From the IMG/VR virus record IMGVR_UViG_2579779168_000001: a stretch of DNA of 64,000 nucleotides. One strand, written 5' to 3'. The DNA comes from an uncultured virus (IMG/VR IMGVR_UViG_2579779168_000001). Taxonomy: Duplodnaviria; Heunggongvirae; Uroviricota; Caudoviricetes. The notes beneath the pieces are model-generated. The model ran no database searches. It was given only the letters and a program-made list of their open reading frames with translations, and was not told where the DNA came from. This document shows, one piece after another, positions 47,740-57,857 of this stretch. The stretch's first letter is position 1; each line of letters begins with the position of its first letter. The translations under genes were made by a program, and so were the position numbers.

Positions 47740-48101
47740 GGGCGTGGCCGTGTTGGGAGGGCGAGTTTTCCGAGGCGGCGGCGGGCGTGTTCGATCCCGT
47801 CGTCGAGGACGACGCGGGTGATGCGGTCGAGCATGGTTGCGGCGCTGACGTTCGCCGCCGCTGCGAGCTCGGTGAGAACGCGGGCATTGCGGTCAGGCAG
47901 GTAGGTACCGAAGCGGCGGGCGCCGGGACGGGCGAGCTTGATGCAGTACCGCTTGGCGATGGCCCGAACGCGCTGCGGGCTGATCTCGCCAATCGCCTGC
48001 GCGATCTCGTGACTGGTCATTCCCTCAGCCGCCAGGGCGGCAATTTTGGGAGCCCGGTCCCGCGCCGGCTTGAATTTGGTTCTGTCGATCGGTCCCATCA
48101 T
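47736..48101 (-). CDS. HTH DNA-binding protein
   Basis: GMTSHEIAQAIGEISPQRVR. Confidence 0.7.
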   Translation of the reverse strand: MMGPIDRTKFKPARDRAPKIAALAAEGMTSHEIAQAIGEISPQRVRAIAKRYCIKLARPGARRFGTYLPDRNARVLTELAAAANVSAATMLDRITRVVLDDGIEHARRRLGKLALPTRPRP

Positions 48102-48166
48102 CCTGCCGCATCGTGGTGGTGGCAGCCGGCGCGGGGATGCGCCGGCCGATGTTGGCGCCTGTCCTC

Positions 48167-48439
48167 TCAGGCGACGGCGTCAGCGAGATCCTTGACCGCC
48201 TTGAACTTCACGACGGTCTTGGCCGGAACGTCGATCATGGCGCCGGTGGCTGGGTTCCGGGCGGAACGCGCGGCGCGCTTCGCCGTCGAGAGCTTGCCGA
48301 TGCCGGGGACGGTCAGATCACCGCCGGATTGCAGCGCGCCGCCGACCGCCCTGCCGAGGCTGGCGAGCACCGTAGCGACGTCCGTCTTCGTCTTGCCGGT
48401 GTCGTCGGCGATCGCCTGGATCAATTCACTCTTGGTCAT
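48167..48439 (-). CDS. HU family DNA-binding protein
   Basis: MTKSELIQAIA...RAARSARNPATG...KFKAVKDL. Confidence 0.95.
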   Translation of the reverse strand: MTKSELIQAIADDTGKTKTDVATVLASLGRAVGGALQSGGDLTVPGIGKLSTAKRAARSARNPATGAMIDVPAKTVVKFKAVKDLADAVA

Positions 48440-48486
48440 GGTCTTCTCCTCTGTTGAAACGGGCGCGGGATGCGCCCCGATCTGCC

Positions 48487-48783
48487 CTAGCGGGCGGATT
48501 CCATTCGGCGGTGGCGCCCCTGCCCTGATGGTCGGAACACCTTCGCGTTGCGGGTAAGAGGCTGGCGGCCGCGGTCTTCGGCGCGATCCTTCGCTCGAGC
48601 CGCAGCGATGATCGCTTCAACCTCGGTCGGGAAAATCCGGGCGATCGGCTTACCGTTCTCGCGGGTCACAACGCCGTCGACCGTCAGGGTGCGGAAACCG
48701 ACGCCGGGCGCGATGTACCAAGCCGTCCAGCCGACCTTGCCGGGGATCGGATCGGCGCCGAAATCGCGAGGCAGCATGCTCAT
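48487..48783 (-). CDS. Hypothetical protein
   Basis: ATGA overlap with the upstream gene. Confidence 0.6.
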   Translation of the reverse strand: MSMLPRDFGADPIPGKVGWTAWYIAPGVGFRTLTVDGVVTRENGKPIARIFPTEVEAIIAAARAKDRAEDRGRQPLTRNAKVFRPSGQGRHRRMESAR

Positions 48784-49271
48784 GCCGCCCTCGCCTGCTT
48801 GCGCTGCCGGGTCGCCTCTTCGAAGTCTTTGAGCAAATGCGGCGGGCAGAGGTGCGGGAAGCTCAGGCTTTCCGGATCCTGTGCCCAGTGCGGGTTCCAT
48901 TCCTGGCCAGTGCGCCATGCCTCCAGCCGTTGGCGCCACTGGCGCTCCTTGGCCTCCGGGCTCTTCGCGGCAATGGTCCGGATGGTGTGGGCGACGACCG
49001 CCGTCGACGGGAGCCACGTCCTATCGACACCTTCGACTTCGCCGCTGATGAGCTGCCGGATACCTTCCTGAATCGACCAAGCGCTGAACTCTCCGAGGAC
49101 CATCACGTACACGGCGGCGAGCTGAGCCGGGTCATCACGCTGCTGGCTGGCGAAGGCCCGAAACAGCAAGGAGAGGCTCGCCCCGAGCTCGGCTTTGGTC
49201 GGCTTTCGAACCAATTCGGCGCCTACTGGGACCGGCTGCTTTCCTGCTGGGATTGCGGGACTATTGTTCAT
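48780..49271 (-). CDS. Replication-associated protein (helicase loader-like position)
   Basis: Follows the initiator; WLPSTA motif. Confidence 0.6.
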   Translation of the reverse strand: MNNSPAIPAGKQPVPVGAELVRKPTKAELGASLSLLFRAFASQQRDDPAQLAAVYVMVLGEFSAWSIQEGIRQLISGEVEGVDRTWLPSTAVVAHTIRTIAAKSPEAKERQWRQRLEAWRTGQEWNPHWAQDPESLSFPHLCPPHLLKDFEEATRQRKQARAA

Positions 49272-50136
49272 CGGGGAAGAGCTCCATCACTGTTCTGAGA
49301 CCTGCGACCAATCGATCATCTGAGGACGGCCGCCGTGGCGCATCGCGTGCTCCGGTTGGCCCAGGCCTCGCGTCGGCGTGCGTGATCGCTCCAACGAAGC
49401 CGGGACGGCTCATGTCGGCATCGGGTGGCGGCGCGTTGTTGCGAATCCAGTTTCGGTATGCCGCTGCCCAATCGAGCTTCACGGCATTCGGTGACGAGGC
49501 GGCCCAGTCCTTGAACCGTTCTGTTTCTTCCTGGCAGGCGCGATTGCTAGGCAGTCGTTCGCGGGCATAGGCCTTGAGCTCGTCATCCGGCCACCAATCC
49601 GATGGGAGCCGAGTCCCGCGCTTCCGGCCTTTCGCCTTGCGAGGATCGGCATCGGCATTCGGCTGCTCGTGCGCATCCCGAAGAGACGAAGTCTCTGAGG
49701 ATATGTCTTCTCTCCTCTCCTCTTCTCTTCTCTGGTTCGTTTTGCTTGAAGCAAGTGCTTCATCTGCGTCGTTGATTTTCAACGCGTTGCGACGAATTTC
49801 CCCGCTGCGTATGCCACCTGTCCTCCCGGCGTCTGCCCTGTGTGTCGACTGTGTCTTCCGGGTGTCTAGCTCCTGTGTCACCCGGGTGTTGGTCAGATGC
49901 CCGTCACCAGTGGGCACGATCTTGCCCGCGGCGATCAGGTCATCGCGGAGCTTCGATGCCTTGTTCGGATGGCACTTCCAGAGGCGCCCGAGCACCATCT
50001 TGTCATCGACGACCGCGCTCTTGCGCCGGTACATCTGGTGGCAAAAGCGGAGGTATGCGCCCTCCTGCTCAAGGGAGAGGGTGTCGGTCCCCTCGTCCCA
50101 AGCCTCGTATTCCATCTTGTAGAATTCGCCCCTCAC
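49261..50136 (-). CDS. DUF1376/YdaU-like replication initiator
   Basis: LSLEQEGAYLR N-terminus; GTRLPSDW...KLDWAAAYRNWIR C-terminus; GTG start overlaps the dnaB stop. Confidence 0.85.
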   Translation of the reverse strand: MRGEFYKMEYEAWDEGTDTLSLEQEGAYLRFCHQMYRRKSAVVDDKMVLGRLWKCHPNKASKLRDDLIAAGKIVPTGDGHLTNTRVTQELDTRKTQSTHRADAGRTGGIRSGEIRRNALKINDADEALASSKTNQRREEERREDISSETSSLRDAHEQPNADADPRKAKGRKRGTRLPSDWWPDDELKAYARERLPSNRACQEETERFKDWAASSPNAVKLDWAAAYRNWIRNNAPPPDADMSRPGFVGAITHADARPGPTGARDAPRRPSSDDRLVAGLRTVMELFPDEQ

Positions 50137-51557
50137 CGGCCATCTCCATGGATGCCGCAGACGATGGAGCGGCCCGGATCGCACCAGAGGTTGACGCGGC
50201 CGGTCTGGCCCTGCCGGCTCTTCTCGATGCCGATCTCGATGTTGTTGCGGACGGCATCGGCTTCGTCATGCGCGGCTTGGTCGCCGCGGCGGAAGGCTTC
50301 GGTGCGCGTGGCGTAATAGTGCTCGCGGTAGAGCATCAGGACGGCGTCGGCGGCCTCTTCGATCTCACCGGAGGCGCGTAGATCCGAAAGCTGCGGCCGC
50401 TTGTCCTCGCGCTTCTCGACGTCCCGGCCGAGCTGGCAGCACAGCATGACGGTGCATTCCAGGCTCTTCGCCATGACCTTGGCGGCGTTGGCAATCTCAC
50501 CGAGTTCGTTGACCTTGTTGCCCTGGTATCGGCTCGATGGCTTCACCAGCATGGCGTGGTCGATCAGAGCGAGACGAAGCCGTTTTCCCTGCTTGTCGAG
50601 ACGGTCAGCGTATTTGCGGGATTCGACGAGAATGTCCGCCATGCTGAGCGCTGGCGTGTCGTCGATGCGGAGCGGTTCCTTCTTCGCCTGACCTGCGGCC
50701 CACATATAGGCCTCAAGCTCGTTCTCGGTGGTGTGCCCCGACAGGACTTCACCGTAGGTCGGGCCCTTTGACCCCAGACGCTCGCAGATGACCCGTGCAG
50801 CGATCTCTTTCGATGGCACCTCGAGCGAATAGTACTGCGTGCCGCCGCCCTGGCTGCTCATCTTCGAAGCGAGAGCGGAACCCATGAGGGTCTTGCCGGC
50901 CCCAGTTCTCCCGGCGAGGACATAAAGCGCGCCCGGTGCCAGCCCCCGCATCGGCAGATGCTTGTCGAGATCTGGGATGCCGCAGGATGGCGGCCGCTCC
51001 AGTTCGCCGCGCATCATGGCCTCAGCCTCGCGGCCGGCCTGTTCAGCGATGTCGCCCAAGCTTCCGCGGCTGGACCGACGCTGATCGGTCGCCGCATCGC
51101 GGAGGGCATCGACGGATTCGATAAGCCCCCGCGCCAGATCCGAGACATCCGAGGTCGCAATCTGGCTCCGGGCGCCGTCTGCGGCGTCGAAGATGCGACG
51201 GACGACCCATGCGCTGCGGATGATCTTGGCGTATTCGGCCAGAGACCCGGCCGGCGCAGCAATCGCTGCCATGCGGGCGACCAGCTTATCGATCGAACCG
51301 CCCTCGCCCATCAGGACAGAGGCGCCACCCTGAACGACGGTGCGGAAATCGACCGTACCGCCGCGGGCGACGATGTCGATGATGCGGCGATATAGAGCAC
51401 CGGCGGAGAGATCGCCGAAGTGCTCTTCCTGCAGGCCAGTCAGCATGACGCTGCTGATCGCCGGCGGTGCCATCAGCATGCCGCCGATCAGCGCCATCTC
51501 CGTTTCAGAGATCTCGCGGAACCAGTCACTGAATTGGTCGGGGGCCATCGCGTTCAC
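50133..51557 (-). CDS. dnaB: DnaB-like replicative helicase
   Basis: LAGRTGAGKT, YSLE, IDD, QLGR.VEKREDKRPQLSDLRASGEIEEAAD, KSRQG. Confidence 0.95.
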   Translation of the reverse strand: MNAMAPDQFSDWFREISETEMALIGGMLMAPPAISSVMLTGLQEEHFGDLSAGALYRRIIDIVARGGTVDFRTVVQGGASVLMGEGGSIDKLVARMAAIAAPAGSLAEYAKIIRSAWVVRRIFDAADGARSQIATSDVSDLARGLIESVDALRDAATDQRRSSRGSLGDIAEQAGREAEAMMRGELERPPSCGIPDLDKHLPMRGLAPGALYVLAGRTGAGKTLMGSALASKMSSQGGGTQYYSLEVPSKEIAARVICERLGSKGPTYGEVLSGHTTENELEAYMWAAGQAKKEPLRIDDTPALSMADILVESRKYADRLDKQGKRLRLALIDHAMLVKPSSRYQGNKVNELGEIANAAKVMAKSLECTVMLCCQLGRDVEKREDKRPQLSDLRASGEIEEAADAVLMLYREHYYATRTEAFRRGDQAAHDEADAVRNNIEIGIEKSRQGQTGRVNLWCDPGRSIVCGIHGDGR

Positions 51558-52354
51558 AGCAGCCTCCCGAAGGTTGCTTGCTGCGGGGCTGGCAGCTCCG
51601 GCGGCTTCCAGTCATCCCAGAGAGCATCAATCTCGGCAAAGTTGCGAGGATGCTGCCGACAGAAGTCGGGCCACTGCGGGCCGCGCCGGTATGCGCCGTC
51701 GACCGTGACGATCCAGCGGTTGGCAACGAAGAGCCTGTGGTTCAGATCCAGATGCTTGAAGTCCGCCCGGCAGACCCAGCCGCGGCGCTCGAGGATGCAG
51801 GCCAGTTTAAGAGCCTTGATCTTCCACGGTGTCAGTGTGAGCGGCGACGGCGTTCCGGCTTGGGTATCCGGCACGAATTCGGGCAGCGGGCAGCGCTTGG
51901 CCGGCAGCATCTGCGGCCATGCATCGTTCCACGAGCTACCCCACTCGACATCCTCGCGCGGGATCTCCGGATAGATGTAGCCGCGCTCGTCGATTGTCAC
52001 GACCTGGACACCCATGCGATGGCAGATCGACCGGTGGAGCTCGCTTCCTGTGCCGTGCGGAACAAGCACGGCGCGGCAGTCGGGCCCGGGCGCGCACGGG
52101 TCTCGTGGCTCCAGCGCCTGCATGATGACGTGGTCGTTGAGACGGAGCTTCGCCTCGAACCCGATCTGCAGGCCACCGCGCTCGCGCACCAACAGGATGT
52201 CCCAGCCCGCAGTCTCCGGGTAAGAAATCCATCCCGTCGGCTTCGGCGGCCGAGAGCTTTCCCAGCCTGGGCGGTGGGCGGTCCCGGTCGCAATCGCGAT
52301 GAAGCGGGAGCACATCTCAGCCTCGGTCGCGAATTGAGCAACCCTCTTCTTCAT
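51554..52354 (-). CDS. Phage protein with a PD-(D/E)XK-like motif
   Basis: YPETAGWDILLV...IGFEAK. Confidence 0.7.
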   Translation of the reverse strand: MKKRVAQFATEAEMCSRFIAIATGTAHRPGWESSRPPKPTGWISYPETAGWDILLVRERGGLQIGFEAKLRLNDHVIMQALEPRDPCAPGPDCRAVLVPHGTGSELHRSICHRMGVQVVTIDERGYIYPEIPREDVEWGSSWNDAWPQMLPAKRCPLPEFVPDTQAGTPSPLTLTPWKIKALKLACILERRGWVCRADFKHLDLNHRLFVANRWIVTVDGAYRRGPQWPDFCRQHPRNFAEIDALWDDWKPPELPAPQQATFGRLL

Positions 52355-52617
52355 CTCGCCCTCCGCTGGAAGTGACCAACAAGGACGCCAACGAGCGCAG
52401 GGACATCGAGAGGCGAGACGGCGCCATTCCGTTCCACGCGAGCGAGGACGATTTCCAGCGCCGCGGCTGGGCTGGTGAGGCCGGCGTGGAACCCAGCCTC
52501 ATGCTGGCCGATCGCTTCCCATGCGATCTTCGCTTCGCCACTGCTGTTGGAACGGGTGGTGAGGACGAGCGTCCAGTCAGCGGCACCGATGTCGACGATG
52601 TCTGCCGAGATGGTCAT
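52351..52617 (-). CDS. Hypothetical protein
   Basis: ATGA overlaps on both sides. Confidence 0.6.
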   Translation of the reverse strand: MTISADIVDIGAADWTLVLTTRSNSSGEAKIAWEAIGQHEAGFHAGLTSPAAALEIVLARVERNGAVSPLDVPALVGVLVGHFQRRAR

Positions 52618-53636
52618 GCGGCCACGACCCCAGCCATCATTGGTGCCGCTTCCTTGGCCGCCAGGATCTGCGCCGCTTGCCGGAAATAGTCCTTGTTCAG
52701 CTCGGTCCCGATGAACTTGCGGCCGGTATCGAGCGCCTTGAACCCCTCGCTGCCGATGCCGGCATACGGCGACAGAACCAAATCGCCGGGGTTCGACCAG
52801 AGACGAATACAGCGCTCGATCAGGTCGAGCGGCATCGGGCAGAGATGCCGGACCGCCTCAGGGTCGCGCGAGAAGACGGTGTTCAGTACGTCCGTCTCGT
52901 CAGTGTCGTCCCATACCGGTGACGCCCAGCGCTGCCAGATGTCGAGCGCTTCGAAATATCGCGGATCGGCCTTTTGGTCCTTGTCGCTGAGGGACGTATA
53001 GTCCGGCAGAGCGTCATGACTGAGCACGCGGCGCGTGACGAACTGAGCGCCCTCACCTGCCCACAACGGCCAGTCTCCGGGCAAGTGCACTACAGGATGA
53101 TCATCCATGCCGTCCGCCCATTTGCGGAAGGTCACGATGTATTCTGGCAAGCCCTGACGGACGCGGCCGGCATCAGTTCGGAAGTTCTTGTAGAGCAGGC
53201 CGTCCGGCTTGGACTTGGTCATCTCGCGGACGGGGCAGCGCCGCACCGTCGTCTTGGAGTGGAGCGTCCAACCCGCGCGCCGGTGTGTGCGAATGCAGTC
53301 TCCGGTGAAGTCCGTCAGGCCCCGATCGCCGCGCTCGCTGGCGTTCGAGTAATAGACCATGTCCTTGACGTGGATCGAAACGTGCCGCCCGGGTTTGATG
53401 ACCCGGAACAGCTCGCGAGCGACGTAGGAATAGGCCTCTTGGAACTCCTCATCGCTCGCGACATTGCCCATGTCGCGCTCGCAATCCGAATAGATGTAGA
53501 GGTTGGAGAACGGCGGGCTGTAGACGGAAAAATCGACGCTGTTGTCAGGCAATCGCGACAGCACTTCGACGCAATCGGCGTTCCAGAGTGTGAAGTTTTC
53601 GCCCTCGGCGATACCGTCGTGCGGAATCTCGATCAT
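52614..53636 (-). CDS. N4/N6 DNA methyltransferase (beta class)
   Basis: YSPPF catalytic motif; HLCPM...VLSPYAGIGSEG SAM-binding motif. Confidence 0.92.
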   Translation of the reverse strand: MIEIPHDGIAEGENFTLWNADCVEVLSRLPDNSVDFSVYSPPFSNLYIYSDCERDMGNVASDEEFQEAYSYVARELFRVIKPGRHVSIHVKDMVYYSNASERGDRGLTDFTGDCIRTHRRAGWTLHSKTTVRRCPVREMTKSKPDGLLYKNFRTDAGRVRQGLPEYIVTFRKWADGMDDHPVVHLPGDWPLWAGEGAQFVTRRVLSHDALPDYTSLSDKDQKADPRYFEALDIWQRWASPVWDDTDETDVLNTVFSRDPEAVRHLCPMPLDLIERCIRLWSNPGDLVLSPYAGIGSEGFKALDTGRKFIGTELNKDYFRQAAQILAAKEAAPMMAGVVAA

Positions 53637-55036
53637 GCCACCCTCATGAATTTTGGAAGCGGAGACGCCTGAGACGGCGCGTAATCGTTGAGGACCGAGG
53701 AGGAGAGGGCCGCACGGCCCATGGCCGCCGTCATCTCTCGCTTCATGAGATCGTGGTCCCCGGCCTTGCGGGCGATTGCCTGTCCGATCGCCGCCTCGGT
53801 GTCGGCACAGACGACATGGACATGAACGGGCCGCGTTTGGCCAAAACGCCAGCAGCGCCGAACTGCCTGGTAATAGCTCTCGTAGGAGAAGCTGAGCCCG
53901 ACGAAGGCCATGCGGGCACAGTGCTGCCAGTTCAGGCCATATCCTGCGACCGATGGCTTGCTGATCAGGTGCTTGATCTCGCCGCGGGAGAAGGCGTCGA
54001 GGCGCTTTTCTTTGATCTCCGCGATCTGGCTGCCACGGACCTCCGTCGCATCGGGCATCGCCTCGCGAAGTGCATCGGCCTCATAGTCGGTGTCGCACCA
54101 GATAATCCATGGCTCGCCCGCATCCGCCGCGACGATCTCTGCAACCTTCTCCGCGCGAGCTCGCACGGTCATACGCTTCTCTCGATGGATGGAGGTGGCG
54201 GACATCTCTGGCAGACGGAACATGCGAGCCTGCCCGTCGCGCTCCTCGCCGGCATCGCCGCTCACATCGGCTCGAATGAGGTGGCGATGCTGGACGAGCT
54301 CGGGCAGCACATAACCATCGTCCGGGAAACCGATATCAGACGGCATGCCGATGCATCGCGACCACGAAGCCATCCATTCCCAGAACGACTTGGCGGCGGC
54401 ACGCTTCAGCCGATAGCGCGCCATCTGCGCCTGGTCCGAGATGAACCAGCGTGAAAGCATTTCGTTCGCGGCCATGACACCGAGAAAGGCCGATTGCTGG
54501 CCCAGTTCCATGTGATCGTTCGGCGCCGGCGTCGCCGTCGCGGAAAGGCGATATGGCGTCGACTTGAAGATCTCGATCAGCTTGCGTGTCGTGACGCCCG
54601 TAAAGCTCTTGAGGATCGACGACTCGTCGAGAATGACCGCGCCGAACTGCGAGACATCGAAGCGATCCAGTCGCTCATAGTTGGTGATGACGATGCGGGC
54701 GCGATCGGAGGGGACTGGCTCGCGCCGGAAGACGGCATCAATGCCCCAGCGCTGCGCCTCGCGCTCATGCTGGGCCCCAACGGCGAGCGGTGCCAGCATC
54801 AGCGCCGGCCGGTTGGTATGTTCAACGACGACGCGGCCGTATTCGAGCGCGGCGAAGCTCTTGCCCAGGCCAGTATCGAGGAAATGCGCTGCGCGGCCGG
54901 TGCGTAGGGCGAACTCGACGCAATGTTCCTGATGCGGCTTTAGCGCTGAATTCAGGGCTGGGATCCGCGCAAGCCCCGATGGCACGGCAGCGATGCGCTT
55001 AGATGCAACCAGGGCGTGATAGGCCTCAATGCTCAT
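53633..55036 (-). CDS. SNF2-like SF2 helicase
   Basis: DTGLGKS, LDESS, SATATP, GLNWQ and QAVRRCWRFGQ motifs. Confidence 0.92.
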   Translation of the reverse strand: MSIEAYHALVASKRIAAVPSGLARIPALNSALKPHQEHCVEFALRTGRAAHFLDTGLGKSFAALEYGRVVVEHTNRPALMLAPLAVGAQHEREAQRWGIDAVFRREPVPSDRARIVITNYERLDRFDVSQFGAVILDESSILKSFTGVTTRKLIEIFKSTPYRLSATATPAPNDHMELGQQSAFLGVMAANEMLSRWFISDQAQMARYRLKRAAAKSFWEWMASWSRCIGMPSDIGFPDDGYVLPELVQHRHLIRADVSGDAGEERDGQARMFRLPEMSATSIHREKRMTVRARAEKVAEIVAADAGEPWIIWCDTDYEADALREAMPDATEVRGSQIAEIKEKRLDAFSRGEIKHLISKPSVAGYGLNWQHCARMAFVGLSFSYESYYQAVRRCWRFGQTRPVHVHVVCADTEAAIGQAIARKAGDHDLMKREMTAAMGRAALSSSVLNDYAPSQASPLPKFMRVA

Positions 55037-55368
55037 GCCACGCCTCCCCGCAGGAGGCATTCGGCGGCGCGCTGATCGAAGGTGGCGCGAGCAATGCCGA
55101 TGTTGCGGCAGTAGGCCGCGATCCGCTGTTCCAGATCACGAGGGAGGCTGGTCTGGTCGATCACCTCAATGGAGCGCGCGCGGTTCGGCAGGCGGCGGAT
55201 AGCGCCGCGCTCCTCAAGATTGGCCATCAGTCGGAACACGCCTGACTTGGAGCGTAGACCAACTCCGGCTGCCATCTGCTCATAGGAAGGCGGCTGCCCT
55301 TCGCGAGCGGCAAACTCGTTCACGAAATCCAACAGCGCGCGCTGCCGCTTTGTCAGGCCCGTGCTCAT
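55033..55368 (-). CDS. LexA-like DNA-binding domain protein lacking the peptidase domain
   Basis: LTKRQ...PPSYEQM...LRSKSGVFRL...LEERG.IRRLPNRARSIEV. Confidence 0.88.
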   Translation of the reverse strand: MSTGLTKRQRALLDFVNEFAAREGQPPSYEQMAAGVGLRSKSGVFRLMANLEERGAIRRLPNRARSIEVIDQTSLPRDLEQRIAAYCRNIGIARATFDQRAAECLLRGGVA

Positions 55369-55931
55369 CAGGCGGCTCCTGCGATGAAAGGGTCGCGCAT
55401 CCGCATCCGGGCGACGGCATCGCGGGCGGCGAAATCGGGGTCGGCTTTGAAGGCGACGGCGAACCAGAGGCAGAGAGCGTCACTGTGGTTGTCGTCGACG
55501 AATTCGAGACCGCGGGTCAGGCATTCCTGCTTGACGGCCGCTTTGGCTTCTTCGCGTTTCAGGCGGCCTTTGCCCTTGCCAAGGAAGGCGATGCGGGCCT
55601 GCGCAGGCTGGACCTCGTCACAGCGAACGCGCAGCAGATGGGAGATGCCGAGAATTCCCCAGCGCATCCCAGCCTGCATCATGATGGTGTCGATGTTGGT
55701 GAAGCCCTGGCCCTGCTTCCCGGCAATCGTCTGTGTCGAGAATTCGAAGGCGACGCGGTCTGGCTGATGCAGCCCGATCATGTCGCCAACGAACTGAAGC
55801 TGCTCACCCGCGATCTTGCCGTGATCTGACCCTGACGGCGCGAGACGGCGCGTTCCGCCGATCAGCTTTCCGCCGATGGGGGCAAACGCCCATCCCGTCT
55901 TCACGCCGATGTCGAAGGTGAGCAGTTTCAT
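55368..55931 (-). CDS. RuvC-like Holliday junction resolvase
   Basis: LTFDIGVKTGWA...E...DDNHSDA. Confidence 0.8.
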   Translation of the reverse strand: MKLLTFDIGVKTGWAFAPIGGKLIGGTRRLAPSGSDHGKIAGEQLQFVGDMIGLHQPDRVAFEFSTQTIAGKQGQGFTNIDTIMMQAGMRWGILGISHLLRVRCDEVQPAQARIAFLGKGKGRLKREEAKAAVKQECLTRGLEFVDDNHSDALCLWFAVAFKADPDFAARDAVARMRMRDPFIAGAA

Positions 55932-55933
55932 GG

Positions 55934-56590
55934 TCAGTGGACCGAGCCGGCTTCGCGCTCTTCCTCGCGAGCGCGCAGGAAGGCGGGACGGATGTCCTCG
56001 TCGAAGTCCTCGGACGGCGCCGGCGGAACTTCGTCATCGACGGGTGCAGCGGCGACTTCGGGAGCGGCTTCGGCCTGAGCTTCGACAGCCTTCTTGCGAC
56101 CGCCCCTGCCCTTCGGCTTCGCCGGCTCGGTCGGTGCTTCGGTCTTCAGGTTCTCGAGATCGAGCGCTTCGCCAGCGGCGGCACGGTTCTGCTCGGTGAA
56201 GATGCGGTTCGCGGCTTCGGCGGCGGTTTCTTGCTGCGCGCCCTCGTCTTCGTCGCCATCCTGCTTGGCGGCGGCCTTCGACATCCGGTCAAGATCGCCA
56301 ACATGCCCGGCGTTCTCGAATTCCTCGTCGAGGAGGTCGAGCAGGAAGCGGAGATGGGCGACGTGCTCGCGGGCCTTGAGCTCGTTGTTCTTGGCCTTCC
56401 GGAAGATCGAAGCGGCATGCCGGAACGACGGACCATGCAGATTGCCGATCTCGATCTGCGTCTTCACGCGATCGCCGTAGGTGCCGTTGATGCTGGACGT
56501 CTCTTCCTTCGCCTTGTTGTTGGCGACGAAGAGCGCCTTCACCACGGATGGTGCTGGGAATTTGATCGGGGCTTCGGATTCCGGCTTCAT
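55934..56590 (-). CDS. Hypothetical protein (weakly GapR-like N-terminus, acidic tail)
   Basis: AGGAG RBS; coupled within the operon. Confidence 0.7.
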   Translation of the reverse strand: MKPESEAPIKFPAPSVVKALFVANNKAKEETSSINGTYGDRVKTQIEIGNLHGPSFRHAASIFRKAKNNELKAREHVAHLRFLLDLLDEEFENAGHVGDLDRMSKAAAKQDGDEDEGAQQETAAEAANRIFTEQNRAAAGEALDLENLKTEAPTEPAKPKGRGGRKKAVEAQAEAAPEVAAAPVDDEVPPAPSEDFDEDIRPAFLRAREEEREAGSVH

Positions 56591-56615
56591 GTGTGCGCGC
56601 TCCTGGGGCTGGTGG

Positions 56616-57065
56616 TCAGTGGTGAAGCTGTTCGGGGAGGCCGGGCTCGGGGATGCGTCCTTCGCGGATCATCCGCTGATGGATCTGGCGGATGCGCTCG
56701 GCGCCGGCTGACGGTGTCTTGAACCGGGTGCGCGGCGCGAAGCGCAGGACGCTCATCGGCTCGCGTGCATCGAGATCCGGGATGCTGATGTGAGGCAGCG
56801 TCGGCTTCGGGCTGGTCTCAATCACCGGCTCTGATGGCGCCTCAGTCGGCGCTGGCTGACGACGGACCGGCTCGCGGACAATGCGTTCTGCCGGAGCCCG
56901 CCGCTGCAGGCGGACGCGCTCGCGATGCTTCAACTTGGTGTCGCCGACATCCAGCGCCCAAGCGACGGAACTGCGCGGGCGCCGAAGGCGGCGTGCGATC
57001 TCGCCAATCAGCATTCCTTCTGCACGAAGGCGCTTGGCGCTTGCATGCCAGTCTGGGGGGTTCAT
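56616..57065 (-). CDS. HTH-containing hypothetical protein
   Basis: LRAEGMLIGEIARRLRRPRSSV. Confidence 0.65.
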   Translation of the reverse strand: MNPPDWHASAKRLRAEGMLIGEIARRLRRPRSSVAWALDVGDTKLKHRERVRLQRRAPAERIVREPVRRQPAPTEAPSEPVIETSPKPTLPHISIPDLDAREPMSVLRFAPRTRFKTPSAGAERIRQIHQRMIREGRIPEPGLPEQLHH

Positions 57066-57229
57066 GGGCGTGGCTCCGAGAGGTTTTTGGCCTGCCGGTC
57101 GCACCACTCCGCGCCATCGGCGAAGGCCGCTGCTGGAAACATCGTCAGCCGGGAAAGCTTGGCGAGGAACCAAGACAGACCGGCCAGGAAAAACGCGAGA
57201 AGGCCCCGCATGGCCCCTCCTTTCAGGGT

Positions 57230-57574
57230 TCACGCGCCAAGGGCGTCGAGTTGTTCTTGAATGCGGCGCTGCTCGGCTCGCAGCGCGTCTTGCCGTTCAC
57301 GGCGATGGGCTTCGTCGAGCCACGCCGGCGCCTTCGGGTACACGGCCATCAGGAACGCGGGGCCGTAGGCCAGGATCAGTAGAGAAAGCCCCGTCCACGA
57401 GGGCTTCGCCACACCCTCCAGCCAGCGCTTCACCGTATGAATTGGGAGCCCGATGTCGGCGGAGACGTGTTCTGCAGTCTTCACTGGATATCGCGCGCGG
57501 ACGAACGCGACCGCGCGATCGGGACAAGCTTGGGACGTGATCGCCTCAATCTTGGTCTGTTCTGACCAATTCAT
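57230..57574 (-). CDS. CII-like HTH regulator
   Basis: KTAEHVSADIGLPIHTVKRWLEG; downstream of cro. Confidence 0.7.
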   Translation of the reverse strand: MNWSEQTKIEAITSQACPDRAVAFVRARYPVKTAEHVSADIGLPIHTVKRWLEGVAKPSWTGLSLLILAYGPAFLMAVYPKAPAWLDEAHRRERQDALRAEQRRIQEQLDALGA

Positions 57575-57857
57575 TTCCGGCCTCTTCTGCGAAGTTGGCT
57601 TCACAGACGAGGACGGCACTGCAGATCGCTTGGACGCGGACGCGGGATCGACCTTCCGGGGATGGCGGGCTGCAACCCGCGCCCCACCGGAATTCGAAGG
57701 AGATGATGGCAGTGGATGGAGAAGCGCGTGGCCCACCATGACTAGCGCCCCGACAAAACGAGGCCGATCAGCAGGATCGGCGCGAACGCGATGAGACCGG
57801 CGGCCGCAAGGGCGCCAACGAAGAGAACGCCGACGATGAGATCGAGGGCGCGGGACA

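Noticed and set aside
52614..55036. DISARM or restriction-modification system from the helicase and methyltransferase pair
   Set aside because: The pair is embedded and translationally coupled in the phage replication operon, a common arrangement, and no other DISARM components are present
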